Of a DNA stretch of 64,000 bases, positions 24,416 through 37,885 are shown piece by piece. Position 1 is the first letter of the stretch, and each line of letters begins with the position of its first letter. The notes beneath the pieces were generated by a model. The model was not told the DNA's origin, did not search any database, and saw only the letters and a program-made list of their open reading frames with translations. The stretch lies in assembly GCA_013239625.1 (NCBI GenBank), contig MU054212.1:4560270-4624269 (forward strand). The letters are read 5' to 3'. The position numbers and the translations under genes are program-made. The DNA is from Lama guanicoe. Lineage: Eukaryota.

Positions 24416-26569
24416 ATAATTTTAACTCTGAAGAAAGATTTTTAAGTTAAAATAAACTTACTAACATGTTATTAATGTGGATCTAAGAAGGAAGTAGGGG
24501 CTTATAGGTATATCACAAAGATGATGAGCAGGAATTTCCCACGGAGCGTATCTTTTTTACAACAAGTTTGATAAAATATTTCCATTGCTTATACAGGTCT
24601 AAACATAACTCTCAATGTTTGTTCATATTATTGTTTCATATTATGAGGTTCCAATGGGCTTAAAATTTGTGGTCCCTTCACAAATTTAGAAAACACAGCA
24701 CTGCTGCATGGCCTCAATTATAGAGGACTTGATGTTGACAATGATGGATATTACAGAGATGAGATGTAATTTGGCTACACAATTCTTTAAAATGTGCAAC
24801 AAAATGTTGATTATAAACATTCCACATTATTCGACTGGACACTGCTGATGTGGAATGACTTTGTGGCTGATCAGTGTGAAAGAGACAATTCTATTTCTCT
24901 TGTCAGTGTGATGAATCTACCTTTACAATAGTCTTTTCCCCTTCATCATAGACAGCTAATTCGCATCCTGTAAGTTTATGAAGACTATTCCACAGATAGT
25001 CATCTGGATTAACTTCTGTTAATTACCACTGAAATGTTGGGTTTTCTGTATAAACTGTGAAATGATCCTTTGGAGAACAGACTGAAAATGACTTTGGAGC
25101 CTCTGCTGCTGCCAAACTCTTTGGTTCTGTGGTGCAACATTAGCCTCTTTGTCGTTTAATTTCCCACTTTGAAATGTCACTTGCCAAATACCAGTTCAAC
25201 TCCCTTACTCTACATCCAAAAATCCTATCATAAATGTCACATATGATAAGAAATGGATTACTCGGATTTGCGAGTGGGAATTTCTGAGAGATGAATTCTC
25301 AGAGATACAATATTATTTTCAGTCCATGAAAATGTTCATGTGATTTGCCCAAGGATTTTTTTTCCCAGAATGTGCATCTAAACCCATAAATCTCTGTATT
25401 ATGGCTATGGGTGATTCAGTTTACCCTTCATGTAAGCAGAGAATCCTATGTTTAATTCTAGTTCAGTTGAAATTTGGCATAAATCACATCCTGTTTTTGA
25501 CTATTGGCATAAACTACTGGACAAATTATTGTTTTAATATTTTTCTATAAAAATTGCTTGACTTTCTAAATCTTTCCAGTGCTCTCATGTCTTTCCGATG
25601 TAAGGAGCACTAAAGTAGGACCTACACAGAGGTCAACTGCTATTGTCCAAAGAGTGACTTTATGTTATTTAATCCTCCAGGGATTCTGAAATAGACTGTA
25701 GTATAAAATATTTCTGAAGGTGCAATTTTCCATCAATAAAAGGATACACTCTTACTAAATCAAACAAATCAAAAAAAAAAAGTGGAAAGTTAGCGGTTTG
25801 CTGAGTTTGTAAGTATTTCAGTCATGCTGCTGAATACATGCCATTCCAAAAAAAGATTCCTTGATCTAGTTTTCTGTAGTTTTCATGTGGTTTGATTCTA
25901 TCTTCTCTTTTAGAAATGAGTTAGCAGCGTACAAAGTGATCTGTATGGATGAAACATTTTGTAAACCTCAACTTCCCACTGTACTTGAATTATACTGTAA
26001 TTTTAAATCATTGATTTTCAAGTGTGTACGTTTAGCTGAATAAAAGATCTTTAAATTAGAACAATCTCCTTATTTTTTTCTTGATTAGCCTTTAAACTCT
26101 ATATGTTGGTAAGCTTTTATGTCTACAGTGTCTGACGTTGGTCTTTGGACGAAGGTGTGGGTACAGCTAGAAACGCTTCACCTGAGCTTCAAAACGTTGA
26201 CCTCTTACTGTAGCACTTGTTACTGGCGTGGCTACATTTCCAACAAACATCAAGGACAATGCATCACGTAGGGATAAAAATCTATTCAGTGATTTTCTGT
26301 TTCAAAGACACCTAGAAGGTAAAGATATGTATCTCATCCACTGATTCTCATCTTGGAGGACTAACATACCCAGAAAAAAGTCGTTACCGCTGCTTTTCAA
26401 GGTCAAAGGACAATTAGTCTGGTTGCTACAATATGATATCAGAAAGAGTAAGCAGAATGCGTTTGACAAAATCTTGCTTCACTGAGCTCTGGTTGTCTTG
26501 ACTACTGACTTTATTTTTGTCCTAAGGGTCACCTCTTACAAAATAGAAATCCCAAGGAAATTTTCTGGG

Positions 26570-26772
26570 TTTGGAATCTGATTTTGAATAAAGAATAATT
26601 ATGCCTAATACCTGTGTGAACTAAGAGAAATAGCCTATTCATTTTCCTTATTTGAGAAATGCTGATAACGCATTCCCTCACATGGTTCTATTTTGGATCA
26701 AATACGTAAGCATCGCTGAAAGTACTTGTAAAACTGTCACACACTATATAGATACAAGCTTTTGTTATTATT
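26570..26772 (+). mobile_element. MIR SINE
   Basis: 'cattttccttatttgagaaatgctgataacgcattccctcacatgg...gaaagtacttgtaaaactgt...ttattatt'. Confidence 0.65.
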
Positions 26773-27801
26773 GTTAAGAAAATATTCACCATCAAAAAAA
26801 AAGTCATGAAAAAAACCCCACTAAGGTATTTACTTATTTATAGGGTACTAATGAGGCGTCACTGAATGTTGATTTATTTGGCTTAGAATGAATAGTTTGT
26901 GTTTCTTTCCCAATGGATAATCTGTGGTTTAGTATCTCTTGTGTTCGCATCAAAGGCTTTGCATCAGGATGCAAAGCTTATGGTTGAACGTGAGTAATAG
27001 CGCTCAAGGAAATCAAAAGGCACACCGCAATGGGAGGAATGATGATGGTGTGAGGATGGCCACTGATGACAGTAAGAGGGAAAGGAGAGGCCAGACATTG
27101 TCTTGGTGAAGCCCCAGAAGATCTGAATGTAATGGGCTTCCAGGATTCTAGAGGTATTTGATGCAATTCGGCATTTTAGTTCTGGCCAGTGCTTACTTTC
27201 AGCAAGGAGATGTGGTGAGTCGCATTCATTTCTGGCATTTACTTTGAAAAAGGAAGATGGAGTGGGAGTGAATATTGGCGTCTGGGTGTTAATACTGGAG
27301 TCAACGGGGATGAGAAAACTGAACTCAGAAATATTTGGTTTTATTACCATATATGTGAATATGTCTTATATAATTCATATATTCATTCATTTATCTTTTT
27401 CTAGACTAGTAGTCTGAAAAAAACACTACACTACATTTTTCTGTATTATTGTGATAATTTTATCACTTCATAATTTACTGTTGCAATTCCTGCAGTTTAA
27501 ATTTTAAACAAATAGATACATGTATTGTTCCTCCTCTTTCCTCATGTGTCTCTTCTTCTCTTTACTCCTGTCCCTTTCTCTGCACTAGGTTTTGGGGCTT
27601 TTGAATGTGCTGATCTAACCTGGGAAGGAAGCAGTAAGCCAAGGTGGTGCATACTGAAAAGTAATGGTGATGCTGCCATCCCTGCCTCTCTTAGCATACA
27701 ATTTCAACCACCAGGATTTTGCTCAACCTTTTAACTGAGCCTAAACCATGAATAAGAATAATAATATTTTTATTTTCTCTGGGTCATATATAGTCTCTAT
27801 T

Positions 27802-27985
27802 CCAGTGGCTCAAATCTTCAGACGTGCAGAATTCACCCCTGATGCTTTAAATCAACACCTGTCTAGACTCGGCTTCTTTGAGTCTTGTTCAGCAGGTCTG
27901 GGGTAGAATGTAAAAAGTTCCACTTCTAATAAACACCTAAAATGTTCTGGGGCAAGAGCCCTGCGGGCTACATTTTTCTAATGAT
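27802..27985. mobile_element. MER5A/B-like hAT-Charlie MITE
   Basis: 'cagtggctcaaatcttcagacgtgcagaattcacccc...ttcagcaggtctggggtagaa...cacttctaataaacacc'. Confidence 0.65.
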
Positions 27986-29027
27986 GTAAGCTTCAAAAAC
28001 ATTTACAATTTTTATTCCATACAGTAAAAAAACAGATGTTGAGAAGAGGGGTAATAGTGCTACAAGATAGCTTACTGATGTGCACAGAATGCCTATGATT
28101 CATTCTAATTATGTTTTCTCCTTTAATTTGACCATGCATTTCTTTCAGTTATAAAAATAGCTTTTTTCCAAACACTTTCCTCCATCAGGCATTATTAGCC
28201 TTTCCCCTAAGGTCTGAGGGTGGTAAGATTTGCTTACAACTTCCCATTGCGTCTTTAGCAGTTTGACGCTACTCCGACGCTGCGAGACCTTTCCCAGGAA
28301 TTCCCCATCCTGGATTCCTAGGCCTCCTGCTTTAGAACAGAATCACTGCCTGACATTTGAGTAATTTTTGTAAACATCTAATTAAACTTGTTTTTATTAT
28401 TTTTGTCATTCTATTTGTGTCACTCTGGCAAGACTGTAGCATATCACCCAATTTGAAAATACCAAATTTTGTTAAGTTCAACTGTCTTTAAAGGATTGCC
28501 ACTCGCATTTCACTGAAGTACAAGTGGCCTGTACAATGTGTAGACATTCAATCCAGGGGCGAGAATGACCTGATTAAGAGTATTCAGAAATCAAAGGTGG
28601 GGTAACTTTTGAAATTAACTTACAAATTGAAAATAAAGGCCATCTGCGTTACTACTTATACAATCAGGTAGGGAAGGTTATTTTTAATGCATATTATACT
28701 TGTGGCATTTTCATCTCTAAAGTGTGAGTTTTATCAATCAAACACTGCAAGCAAAATGTAAAATCCAAAAATGTTCAACAGGGAATTGTTAATTTGTTGT
28801 TTTCCAACATTGTTTTTGTTAGGAATTTTTAACGGCTGTTTAAAATATTAAGCTTTCTGTATATATGTCAGATGTGCATGTAACAAATTCCCAAGTTATA
28901 TACGACAGTTTTCAATGTGCTGGTCAAAGGGCATGAACACCGAAGCTAAAATCTAAATATGTCTTAGTAACTAGGTCATTTTCTGCTATAAATGCCTGCT
29001 TTGCTTATATGGTGATTTTTTTTTCAT

Positions 29028-29229
29028 CCACTCACTAGCTGGATAACCTCAGACAAGTTATTTAAACTCTTTGCTTCAGTTTCCTCACCTTTAAAACCGG
29101 TATGACACTAGAACCAAAATTATAGGGCATTGTAAGAATAACAATATGTCTGCATATTTAAATTAGTCAGGAACGGCTTGGCATGTGGTAAACCCATAAA
29201 GTAAGTAGCTAACTGCAGCCATTATTATT
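29028..29229 (+). mobile_element. MIR SINE
   Basis: 'ccactcactagctggataacctcagacaagttatttaaactctttgcttcagtttcctcacctttaaaa' is a clear MIR core, ending '...attattatt'. Confidence 0.85.
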
Positions 29230-29473
29230 CAGATCAGTTGGAAAAGGGAATTCCAAGTAATATTTATGCAGATGGTAGTGAAAAAATTCTATCTATCCCA
29301 GAATATGATAACTACTGCTGAAGATTACTGCTCAACATTTCAGAAGTATGCTCAATTATTCTGTTTTAGTTTTCCTAGAAGAAGAGTCTTCCATTTTATA
29401 TGGGATTTCCTGCATCATTAGTAGCTTAGAGAATTTATTCTAAATAACAGAATAGATAAATTACTTAGCCAGA

Positions 29474-29546
29474 TGTCTTAGTCAGTTTGGACTAAGTACC
29501 ACAGACAGGGTGATTTATAAAAACAGATGTTTATTTCTCACAGTTC
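29474..29546 (-). mobile_element. MLT1A/B LTR terminal fragment, truncated at the L1 junction
   Basis: 'tgtcttagtcagtttggac...accacagacagggtgatttataaaaacagatgtttatttctcacagttc'. Confidence 0.75.
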
Positions 29547-30334
29547 CCATGATATCCTCACATCTGTCAGAATGGCCATCATCAAAAAGACAAGAAATAA
29601 CAAGTGTTGGCGAGGATGTGGAGAAAAAGGGAACCCACATACACTATTGGTAGGAATGGAAATTGGTACAATCACTATGGAGAACAATATGGAGGTTCCT
29701 CAAAAAACGAAAAATAAAACTAGCATATGGCCCAGCTATTCCACTTCTGTGTATTTATCAGAAGAAAACAAAAACACTAATTCAAAAATGCATTATGCAC
29801 CCTAATGTTCGCTGCAGCATTATTTACAACAGTCAAATACGGAAGCAACATGTGTCCACTGATAGATGAATGGACACACAACCTGTGCTATACAACAGAA
29901 TATCAGTTATAAAAAGAAATGAAATCTTGCCACTTCAACAACATGGATGGACCTGAAGGATACTATGCTTAGTGAATAAGTCAGACAGAGGAAGACACTG
30001 TTTTCATTTACATGTGGGATCTAAAAAATAAAACAAAGAACAAATATAACAAAACAGAAAGAGACTCAAAGATACAGAGAACAAGCTAGTGGTTACTGGG
30101 GTGAAGAGGAGAGAGATGAGGGGAGGAGCAAAATAGGGGAAGGGGCTAAGAGGTACAGACTACCATTGCACAATAAATAAGTCACAGGAATGCACTACAC
30201 GGCACAGAAAATATAGTCAATGCTATTGTAATAACCTTGCACGGTGCATTATGTATAAAATATTGAATCACTATCTTGTACAGCTGAAACTAATATAATA
30301 TCATAAGTCAATGATACTTTAATCAAAAAATAAA
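29547..30334 (+). mobile_element. 5'-truncated LINE-1 (laurasiatherian/artiodactyl-type): ORF2 C-terminus, 3'UTR and short poly(A)
   Basis: ORF track gives LTSVRMAIIKKTRNNKCWRGCGEKG and, frameshifted, WRTIWRFLKK..LAYGPAIPLLCIY, i.e. the L1 ORF2 Cys-rich C-terminus. 3'UTR 'gaatcactatcttgtacagctgaaactaatataata...aatcaaaaaataaa'. Confidence 0.95.
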
Positions 30335-30699
30335 GGATATGACTATTTCCCTCAAACCGCAAGTATCTCAAGCATTACTCATAGTGTCTAGTATTTTTTT
30401 GACTGGAAAAAATTCCAAGTGCAAAACATAAACCGTTTAAACACAGATATGTAATTATACTAATCATTTTAAATATTTGCTATTAAATTAGACCCACTCA
30501 TACTTCGAACATAACCATGGAAAATGGCAGCCACTTAAATCTATGTTGCCCCACAGTTACTCCATAAACAATGCAGAAAAACAAGAAGACCAAAGAAAAT
30601 TACACAAAAATAATGTGGTCCAAAGACAGAAAAAAATCCAAAACTACAGATTACTTTCTAAGTAAAGGGAAAAAACACGAAATCCCAGCATGTAATCTC

Positions 30700-31438
30700 C
30701 GTACTTCAGCCGCAGTCTTAGCCATGAGCAAGAGCACACACAACCTTAAATCATAGCTGGACACGCACATCATCGATAATGAGACAAATCAGTACACGGT
30801 GCCTCCTGATAGGATGTACAGAGAAGGACATAGTGTATCTGCTGGGTTCTTGCAGAAACTACGTAACCTGCGTCTAATAATATGGAATAATTAGCCAAAC
30901 TCAAACTCTGAAACATTCTAAAAGATAACTGGCCTGAATGCTTCAGTAATATCATGCAATGTTAAGTCTGACAGATATGATAACTAAAGGTAGAATGTCT
31001 CCTGAAATTGGATCCAAGAATAGAAAAGGACCTTAGTGGCACACCTGGCAGAGTCTGAATATGGTCCAGAGATTAGACAATACTGCATTATCAATGTTAT
31101 TTTACTCCTTTTCATACCTGAATTCTGGCTATGTAAAGGAATGTCCTTTTAATAAATATACTGAATTTATAAATGTACGGATGTATTTAGAGGTAAAGGG
31201 GTATTTATGTGTAAGATGTGAAGCTTGTGGAAATGTGAAAATATCAACACACACTTAGATAGAAGCTTAGGTATAGAAAAAGAGACAGAGAGAATGATGA
31301 AGCATGTGTGAAAACATGTTAACATTCGTGGAATGTGCCTGAAAGGTACATGAGACTTCTTTGTACTATTTTTGTACTTTTCTGTTCTTTTTTACTACAG
31401 TAGTCTGAAATTGTTTCAAAAGAAAAGTTAAAAAATAC
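30700..31438 (+). mobile_element. L1MC-type 3'UTR
   Basis: 'gcctcctgataggatg', 'acattctaaaagataactggcctg', 'gtatttagaggtaaagggg', 'tctgaaattgtttcaaaagaaaagttaaaaaa'. Confidence 0.8.
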
Positions 31439-33679
31439 ATATACCCCCGAACTCTTGTTTAGATCAGCCTTAACTGGTAGCATAGAGATTCTGACTGCGA
31501 TATTATAGTTATAAAGCAAGTTTCCCATTTGTTTCTCTCTTTTACTACCAGGTCGTGATACAAAGTTCTATGGTCTGATTGCATAATCATTAGACAATTT
31601 TTTTTTAAATGAACCAAACTAATAGTATAAACTAGAGCTAAGCTGAAACTTGTCGTAACTAACACACATTTTGTAGCCTGGAATAAGATAAAATAGTATC
31701 TTCAACAATACTGAATTGCCAGAGGACGGAACATACTTTAACAAATTTCACTATTTGAGGGATGAACCTGAGAAACTGGGACGGCAGGACAGCAGAGAGG
31801 AGGTGGATTCAAGTCCAGCGAGGGAGGCAACATCCTTACAGATTACGGACATTGTACAAAAACAATGGCTGCCTTTCCGGGGCTGCTGTATGCAGGCGTT
31901 CAGTCTTGTAATCGAGGATGGTTATGGTTAATGACTCCAGTAATGTGTACTTTCAAACCAGCAGGACAATGTAATTTATATCAAACCCATTCAGTATCTC
32001 TTCAGGCACTTTGCCTGGTTTAATCTTAGCCCGGCACTGACTGCAGAGGGATGCTCTGGGAGCTTCACAGCTGGCTCAAATTAAAATGTTCATGGTCTCC
32101 CCCACTCTCCAACCCCTCCAGTATATTCCGAAGTAAATAAAGCTGTTTGAGTCTTGCTATCAGCTGGATGGCTCAGGGCCTGTCATAGTTTAATGTGACA
32201 GGACCAAGATCTTTAGTCCTAAAAACCCTAGGTTTTAGTGTGCAGAAAGGAAACATAACATCTGTCTGTGAAATTCACTGATGAGGTGTTAACCAACAAC
32301 AGCTACACTTTTTGGTAAAAACAAACTGTTTTACGTTTCAATATACTGTGAAACACAACATTCTGTGAGGTTTTTCTAAAGACAAAAATAATCAGTTAAT
32401 ACAAAATATGTCTCTACTTCTCTAAATACCAGGAGAAAATCCCTAGCAGACAAAATTATTTATGGAACCAGTTCGGGAATAGATCCTATTTAGAAGCTAC
32501 AGAAGTCATTTAAATCCAGTGCAGATAAATCTTTAAAACAAGAACTTTTTGAAAATTATGAGATCAAGAAGCACAAAAATGCCTTCTCTCTCTCTCTCTC
32601 TCTCTTTTTGTGTTTTGTTTTTTGTTTGCTGTCATTTTAGAGAGGGGTAAGGGGAAGTTTAATATACTTGTGCCTGTAATTTTCAGACTGATCACAAATA
32701 CTGAAGCACGCATGACAGAGTGTGTACAAAAATGAGATGGAAAAAATATGTGGCCTAACGCTCAAGACAATTACAGTTCTGGGGAAAAAAAATGCTACTG
32801 TGTTTCACTCCTCAGCTTTGTAAGTGGAGTTCTTCTTTCTATGCAAGCAAATGCAAATCACTACATTTGACCAGCTCCACAAGTGACATTTTCAGTCTAA
32901 CCAATGATATTCATCAGTGACAACAACTGGATGGGCTTGAGGTGAAAGGGCACACATATCCTGGTCTCCGAGTAGGTAAATGGAGCGAAGAATGATTGAT
33001 ACGTGAAAGGAACAATGATGCTTGCAGGGCAAAGTGGTTATATGCTGCAGGAAAATATGATTAACTCAGCCAATTATGCAACCATGAGATTTTTCATATA
33101 CAAATATCTCACAATTTATTTTATTTTAAAAACTTTTATAAATCAAACTGGTTTGCCCTCACATGTGTACTCATATGTTATAAAGTTTAAAATTTATGAC
33201 AGATCCCTTACATCAGATTGTAGATTATGTTGTTCAGTTCCTGTAATAAATAACTTTGGATGTGAAGTGCAGTTGTCTGTTTGATTATAAATGGCATGAG
33301 CTAAATTGACTATAAATGACTTCATGTTGCCTAGCATGGAAATACTGTCATTTCTTATGTGAAAACTAATTTAAAAAAAAGTCATTTAATAAAAAAAAAA
33401 GCATAAAGACTCATTGGTAAGTTTCAGGATTTAGTAGTTCTAACAATTGACTGAAAGAAATCTCCAACACAAGCAGATAAAATATTAACATAGATGTTTT
33501 TCAGTTTGTTTCCTGTGTCACACTCTTAAGACAATTATTTTTAAGAGCAAAAGGGCAGCTATTATAATGCAGTGTAAAATACGTAATTGTTGGTCTGAGA
33601 ATAATACAGTTAATCTATGTGATCTACGAGAGAGAGTTTTGTCAAATTCGTAAAAACATTCAGAGAAAGCATGGCTATC

Positions 33680-33900
33680 ACTCCCTCAGTATCCCTTCTA
33701 GCAACTCCCTAATCTCCCTCCAGCATCTGATGGCCATTCCATCTTGATTCATCTCTCTTTTGGGTGTTGGTAGCCAATACTCTGGATAAGCACAAAAGCT
33801 GAAGACTACATATCCAGGCTCCCTCGCAGCTAGGACTCTGCACATCACCAGGGGTTTCCTGGCGATGCAACCATGCAGGAATTGGAAGGGGAATGTCTTC
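33680..33900 (+). mobile_element. ERVL-class LTR fragment (LTR33/LTR16 group)
   Basis: 'aagctgaagactacatatccaggctccctcgcagctagg' matches the shared 'actacatttcccagcctcccttgcagctagg' motif of this group. Confidence 0.55.
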
Positions 33901-35375
33901 CTGACAAACATGGCCATGGAGGAATTTCATTGTCTTTCCTTTAGCATTGTGGAGTTGATTACAAGCAGTGGCACTGTTCTCATTAGGAATAACAGATGTG
34001 TAAACTTTTTGACCATCTTCAGGATCCAAAATAATTATAATAGGTTGGAGGAGAGACAGTCACCACTTGATCTTTTTTTTTTTTTTTAATGACATATGTT
34101 ATACCCGCCCTTTGAAATAAGTGAGTTGGAATGTTAACTACATTAATAACATCCTAAGAGTGGACTTTGGTGGGGTGTGGGGCTGAAGAAGCCGATCCAC
34201 ATCTATCAGGCTTCCAAGGGATATTAATATAAGAAAAAAGACCACGCTGGTTAACCGAAGCTTCTCCTTCCCAAATATTTAGGACCGATACTATTTTCTC
34301 CCCTATTCACAGCACGTCATGCTCTATACGATGCTATGGTGACACACAATGATAATAAATAAAGCAAGACACTTAAGAACAAGACCTACTCAGAAATTTC
34401 CAGTCTGCTATTGGGAAGACAGTAAAAGCATTGGCATGTTATTTTTCTTTCCCCAGATGTCTTTAGTCTAGAAGAGAACAAAAAAGGTTTTAAACCATCA
34501 ATAATTTCCTGGATATTTGCTTGCTATTACTTCTTCAGATACCACTCTATTGAAATAATCTCATGAAATATAGAATAAACTTAAATTGCAAAAACATTTT
34601 TCTTAGAAAATTACTCTTTTCCCCTAATGTCAGCTGGCAACCTTTCACTGCTTGATACTTCGTACGAGGCATTCTGCAAAAAGGCACTTTTTTTATTGAC
34701 ACTTTGGCCTGCATTCAGCATACTACTTGAATGGCTAGGGGAGAATAGGAAGCTTTCCTTCTGAAAAATAAGTTCATTTGTGGAAAAGAGTATGGCTTGG
34801 TCTCAGATTTAATTTACCCATGACATGTTTATACTTTGAAATATATACTTTTTAAAGTTACATATTCGTATCAAATGCATATAGTAAAAGTGTTTATATA
34901 TATATATATAAAATCTGATACACACACACACACACACACACAGCTTTTTAACAATAGATTTTTTCTCCTAACTCAGACTCAGTATATATACTTTATCATG
35001 CAAGAACACCATTGGTGGTAGTTAGTTTTTTCAATATTAAGGAGATTTGTCAGCTTTGGAATCAAAGGATATCTTGGAAGAGCTGAATTAAGAACCAAAT
35101 TTTAAGCTCTGCATATGGATCTGTTAGAAAACATTACCTTTTAAAAAACATATTTCCAAGGAAAAATGTACATGTATTACTTAAACCAACTTGGGCATAA
35201 ACTTTTGGGTAGCAATAAATGCATCAGAAACATATGAATTGTATTGTCACTCATACAAGAAAACCTGGTAGCTTAGTGTCTGAAATGGTTGATGAAACGT
35301 TTTTTTTTTCAATATCAAGAATGATGTAAGTATAGTGACAAAACCACTGGAATTCAAAAATAATTACTGATGGGG

Positions 35376-35861
35376 TATGTTAGTCAAAGAAACAGAACCA
35401 ATAGGGTATGTGTGGGTTGTGTGTGTGTGTGTAAATATGTACACATGTTTGATATATACGGAGAGGGGAAAAGACAGACAAGAGAGAAAGAGACACAGAG
35501 AGAGAAGCTTGAAGGAATTGGCTCACACATTCAGGAGTATGGGAACCGACCAAGTCCAAAATCTGCAGGGCAACCTGGTCAGTTGGAGACCCAAAGTGAT
35601 GCTGCAGTTCAAGTCTCAAGGCAGCCTGGCTGCAGGATTCCCTCTTTCCTGGGAGACCTCCGTCTTTTCCTCTGAGGGTCTTCAACTTATTGGACGAGGC
35701 TCACCCACATTATGAGGAGTAATCTGCTTTACTCAAAGACTACTGATTTAAGTGTTCATCTAATCTAAAAATTACCCTCACAATAACATCTAGACTGCTT
35801 TTTGACCACATATTTGGGTAACGTGGCCTAGTTAAGTTGACACATAAAATTAATGATCACA
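35376..35861 (-). mobile_element. MLT2 (ERVL) solo LTR
   Basis: 'agaaacagaaccaatagg...aggaattggctcaca...cccacattatgaggagtaatctgctttactcaaag...aagttgacacataaaattaatgatcaca'. 5-bp flanks tgggg/tgtgg (4/5). Confidence 0.93.
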
Positions 35862-37709
35862 TGTGGCATTAGCAGTCTAATCTCATCAAGAATTGGAATC
35901 ATTTCACCAACCTCTACAAAGTGGACATCGCTATCTATCAAATTTGGAGTAATATGAACAGCCCTCCATTTATTTTCCTCAATCTTCTTGAAAATTGTAT
36001 CATTTCAATTTTCTTTTATTGCCAGTACCTCCTTCCTCATGTCTTTAAAATTTTTCTCAGCTCTTACACTCAACAACACAACAATGCATGCTGATTTTCT
36101 TGATTTAATTACTCTTCATGAGAGAGAGAAGATACAGTATCATGATCCATGTAAAGATTTTGAATCTGTTGTACCAGTTGACTTCTGCTCTATGGTAGGC
36201 ACAGTAATCCCCTGCTTCCGGCCTCTTTAAGGTAGTTTTTATGTACATTCCTGTACGTGTGTGTCTGTGTGTATGTTCTCTCCAAATGAAATGTATTTCT
36301 TTTTCCAATGTAATACTTCTACACAATTGTTAGAGTTCTAAGAATGTAGAGGAATAATTACATATGTGAATTTTAAACATTACAGAGCTAATTATTAGTC
36401 TTCTAAGCAAAGAAAACTGTAGGCAGAGGTGAAAACTTAGGAACCAGGAAACAGGGCTCAAAATAGTTACATGTTATAATCATCCAAAGGACAGATCCTC
36501 TGTAAAATAAGATGTCACTGTCCCTGTTCTTTGTATCACTGGTGTATGTCACTGTCTGAAAGGAGAATGAACTTGCAAACGTTATCCAGTGAATCCTAGT
36601 GCATCCATTCTGTATTATGTCTACTGATGATATGCCCCTTAAAACAAATATTTAGGAAAAGATTAGCTTTTATGTTTTAGGACGGTGCATTCTACTGCTT
36701 ATTGAGTCTCAGAAAATGCTTTATAATGTCTGAGTAGAACCCTCTTGTATCAAGTAACAGTCTTCTGCCTAAAGGTATTCTACATGGAAACCAATAGCAG
36801 TTGATCTTCTATTAATCATGTTACATTCTTCAGACTACTGTTTCAAATGTTTTTGCAAGGCCACAAAAGCCTCCGAGCAGAAAGGTACATTCCTGGGCAA
36901 GTGGCCAGCGGGGCAACCGGATAACCCCAACCAGATGTTCTGTGATGTTACATGACATCATCGAAACCATACATCTTCCCTTGCTTTGTGCTTTGCTCAT
37001 TTGCTAGTCATTGCTTGATATTTATTACATTTCCTCCCTCACTTATCTATATGAAAGCCCAAAGCCCTCTTAAACAGGTCCTCCAGGCTCTAGTAAAAAT
37101 AATTTTTTTCTTATCCTCAAGAGATGAACTCCATCTCTGGCTATGAGCTCATATTTTTGACATGTAATTCCATTACCCAAGAAATCAAGGTCCTGCTTAC
37201 TGATACCATCTTTACAGTCCATTGTTCACATCTTAGGTCTTTCTCTCTCAGGTCCTAACTCTCGGGAAGACAGTGTGATGACAGCACCATCTGTGCTCCC
37301 AAGTCTTTCATCTTCTGACCTAAGGAGGTATCGTCCTTAGAGTGTTTTTCATCTAGACATGGGTCAGTAGGAGTGCTAGGTGGGTAACAACATGAACGTG
37401 TCCTTGAGCAAGGCGGCATACGCCCTAACTGGCAGTGATCCACATTCAGTCCTCTCAGGAACTCTACATGTGAAATCACCAAACTTCTCTAGTTTCCTTT
37501 TCCAAGGCCCGAGTTGTTTTGAAGTGCCTTGTTCCCTGGAATTCCTTGTGGAAGCTGTTTGTGGAAAATTACATCCTACTTCTTCTAGGATCTGGAGCCC
37601 AGTCTTTTAAAGCATAGGTCTACGTAAGCCAGTATCTTTCAAATTGTTTCCTGCCCCTTGTCTTTTCCCCCGCAGATGGGCATGTGTCCTACAAAGTGTG
37701 TGATGTAAA

Positions 37710-37885
37710 GAATAGTAGACTGAACTAGTATTCGGAGTATTCAGGCACCCTGATTTCTAGTTCGAACACTGGAAAAACTTGGCAGTATTGGGTGCACATT
37801 AAGCTATCCATAGGACTCTGTTTCCTCATCTGAAAAATTCGTGTAACGGGTGATATTTGTAAAGCATCAGAATGTCAGTTGACTG
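37710..37885 (+). mobile_element. MIR SINE
   Basis: 'ctctgtttcctcatctgaaaaatt' core preceded by 'gatttctagttcgaacactg'. Confidence 0.65.
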
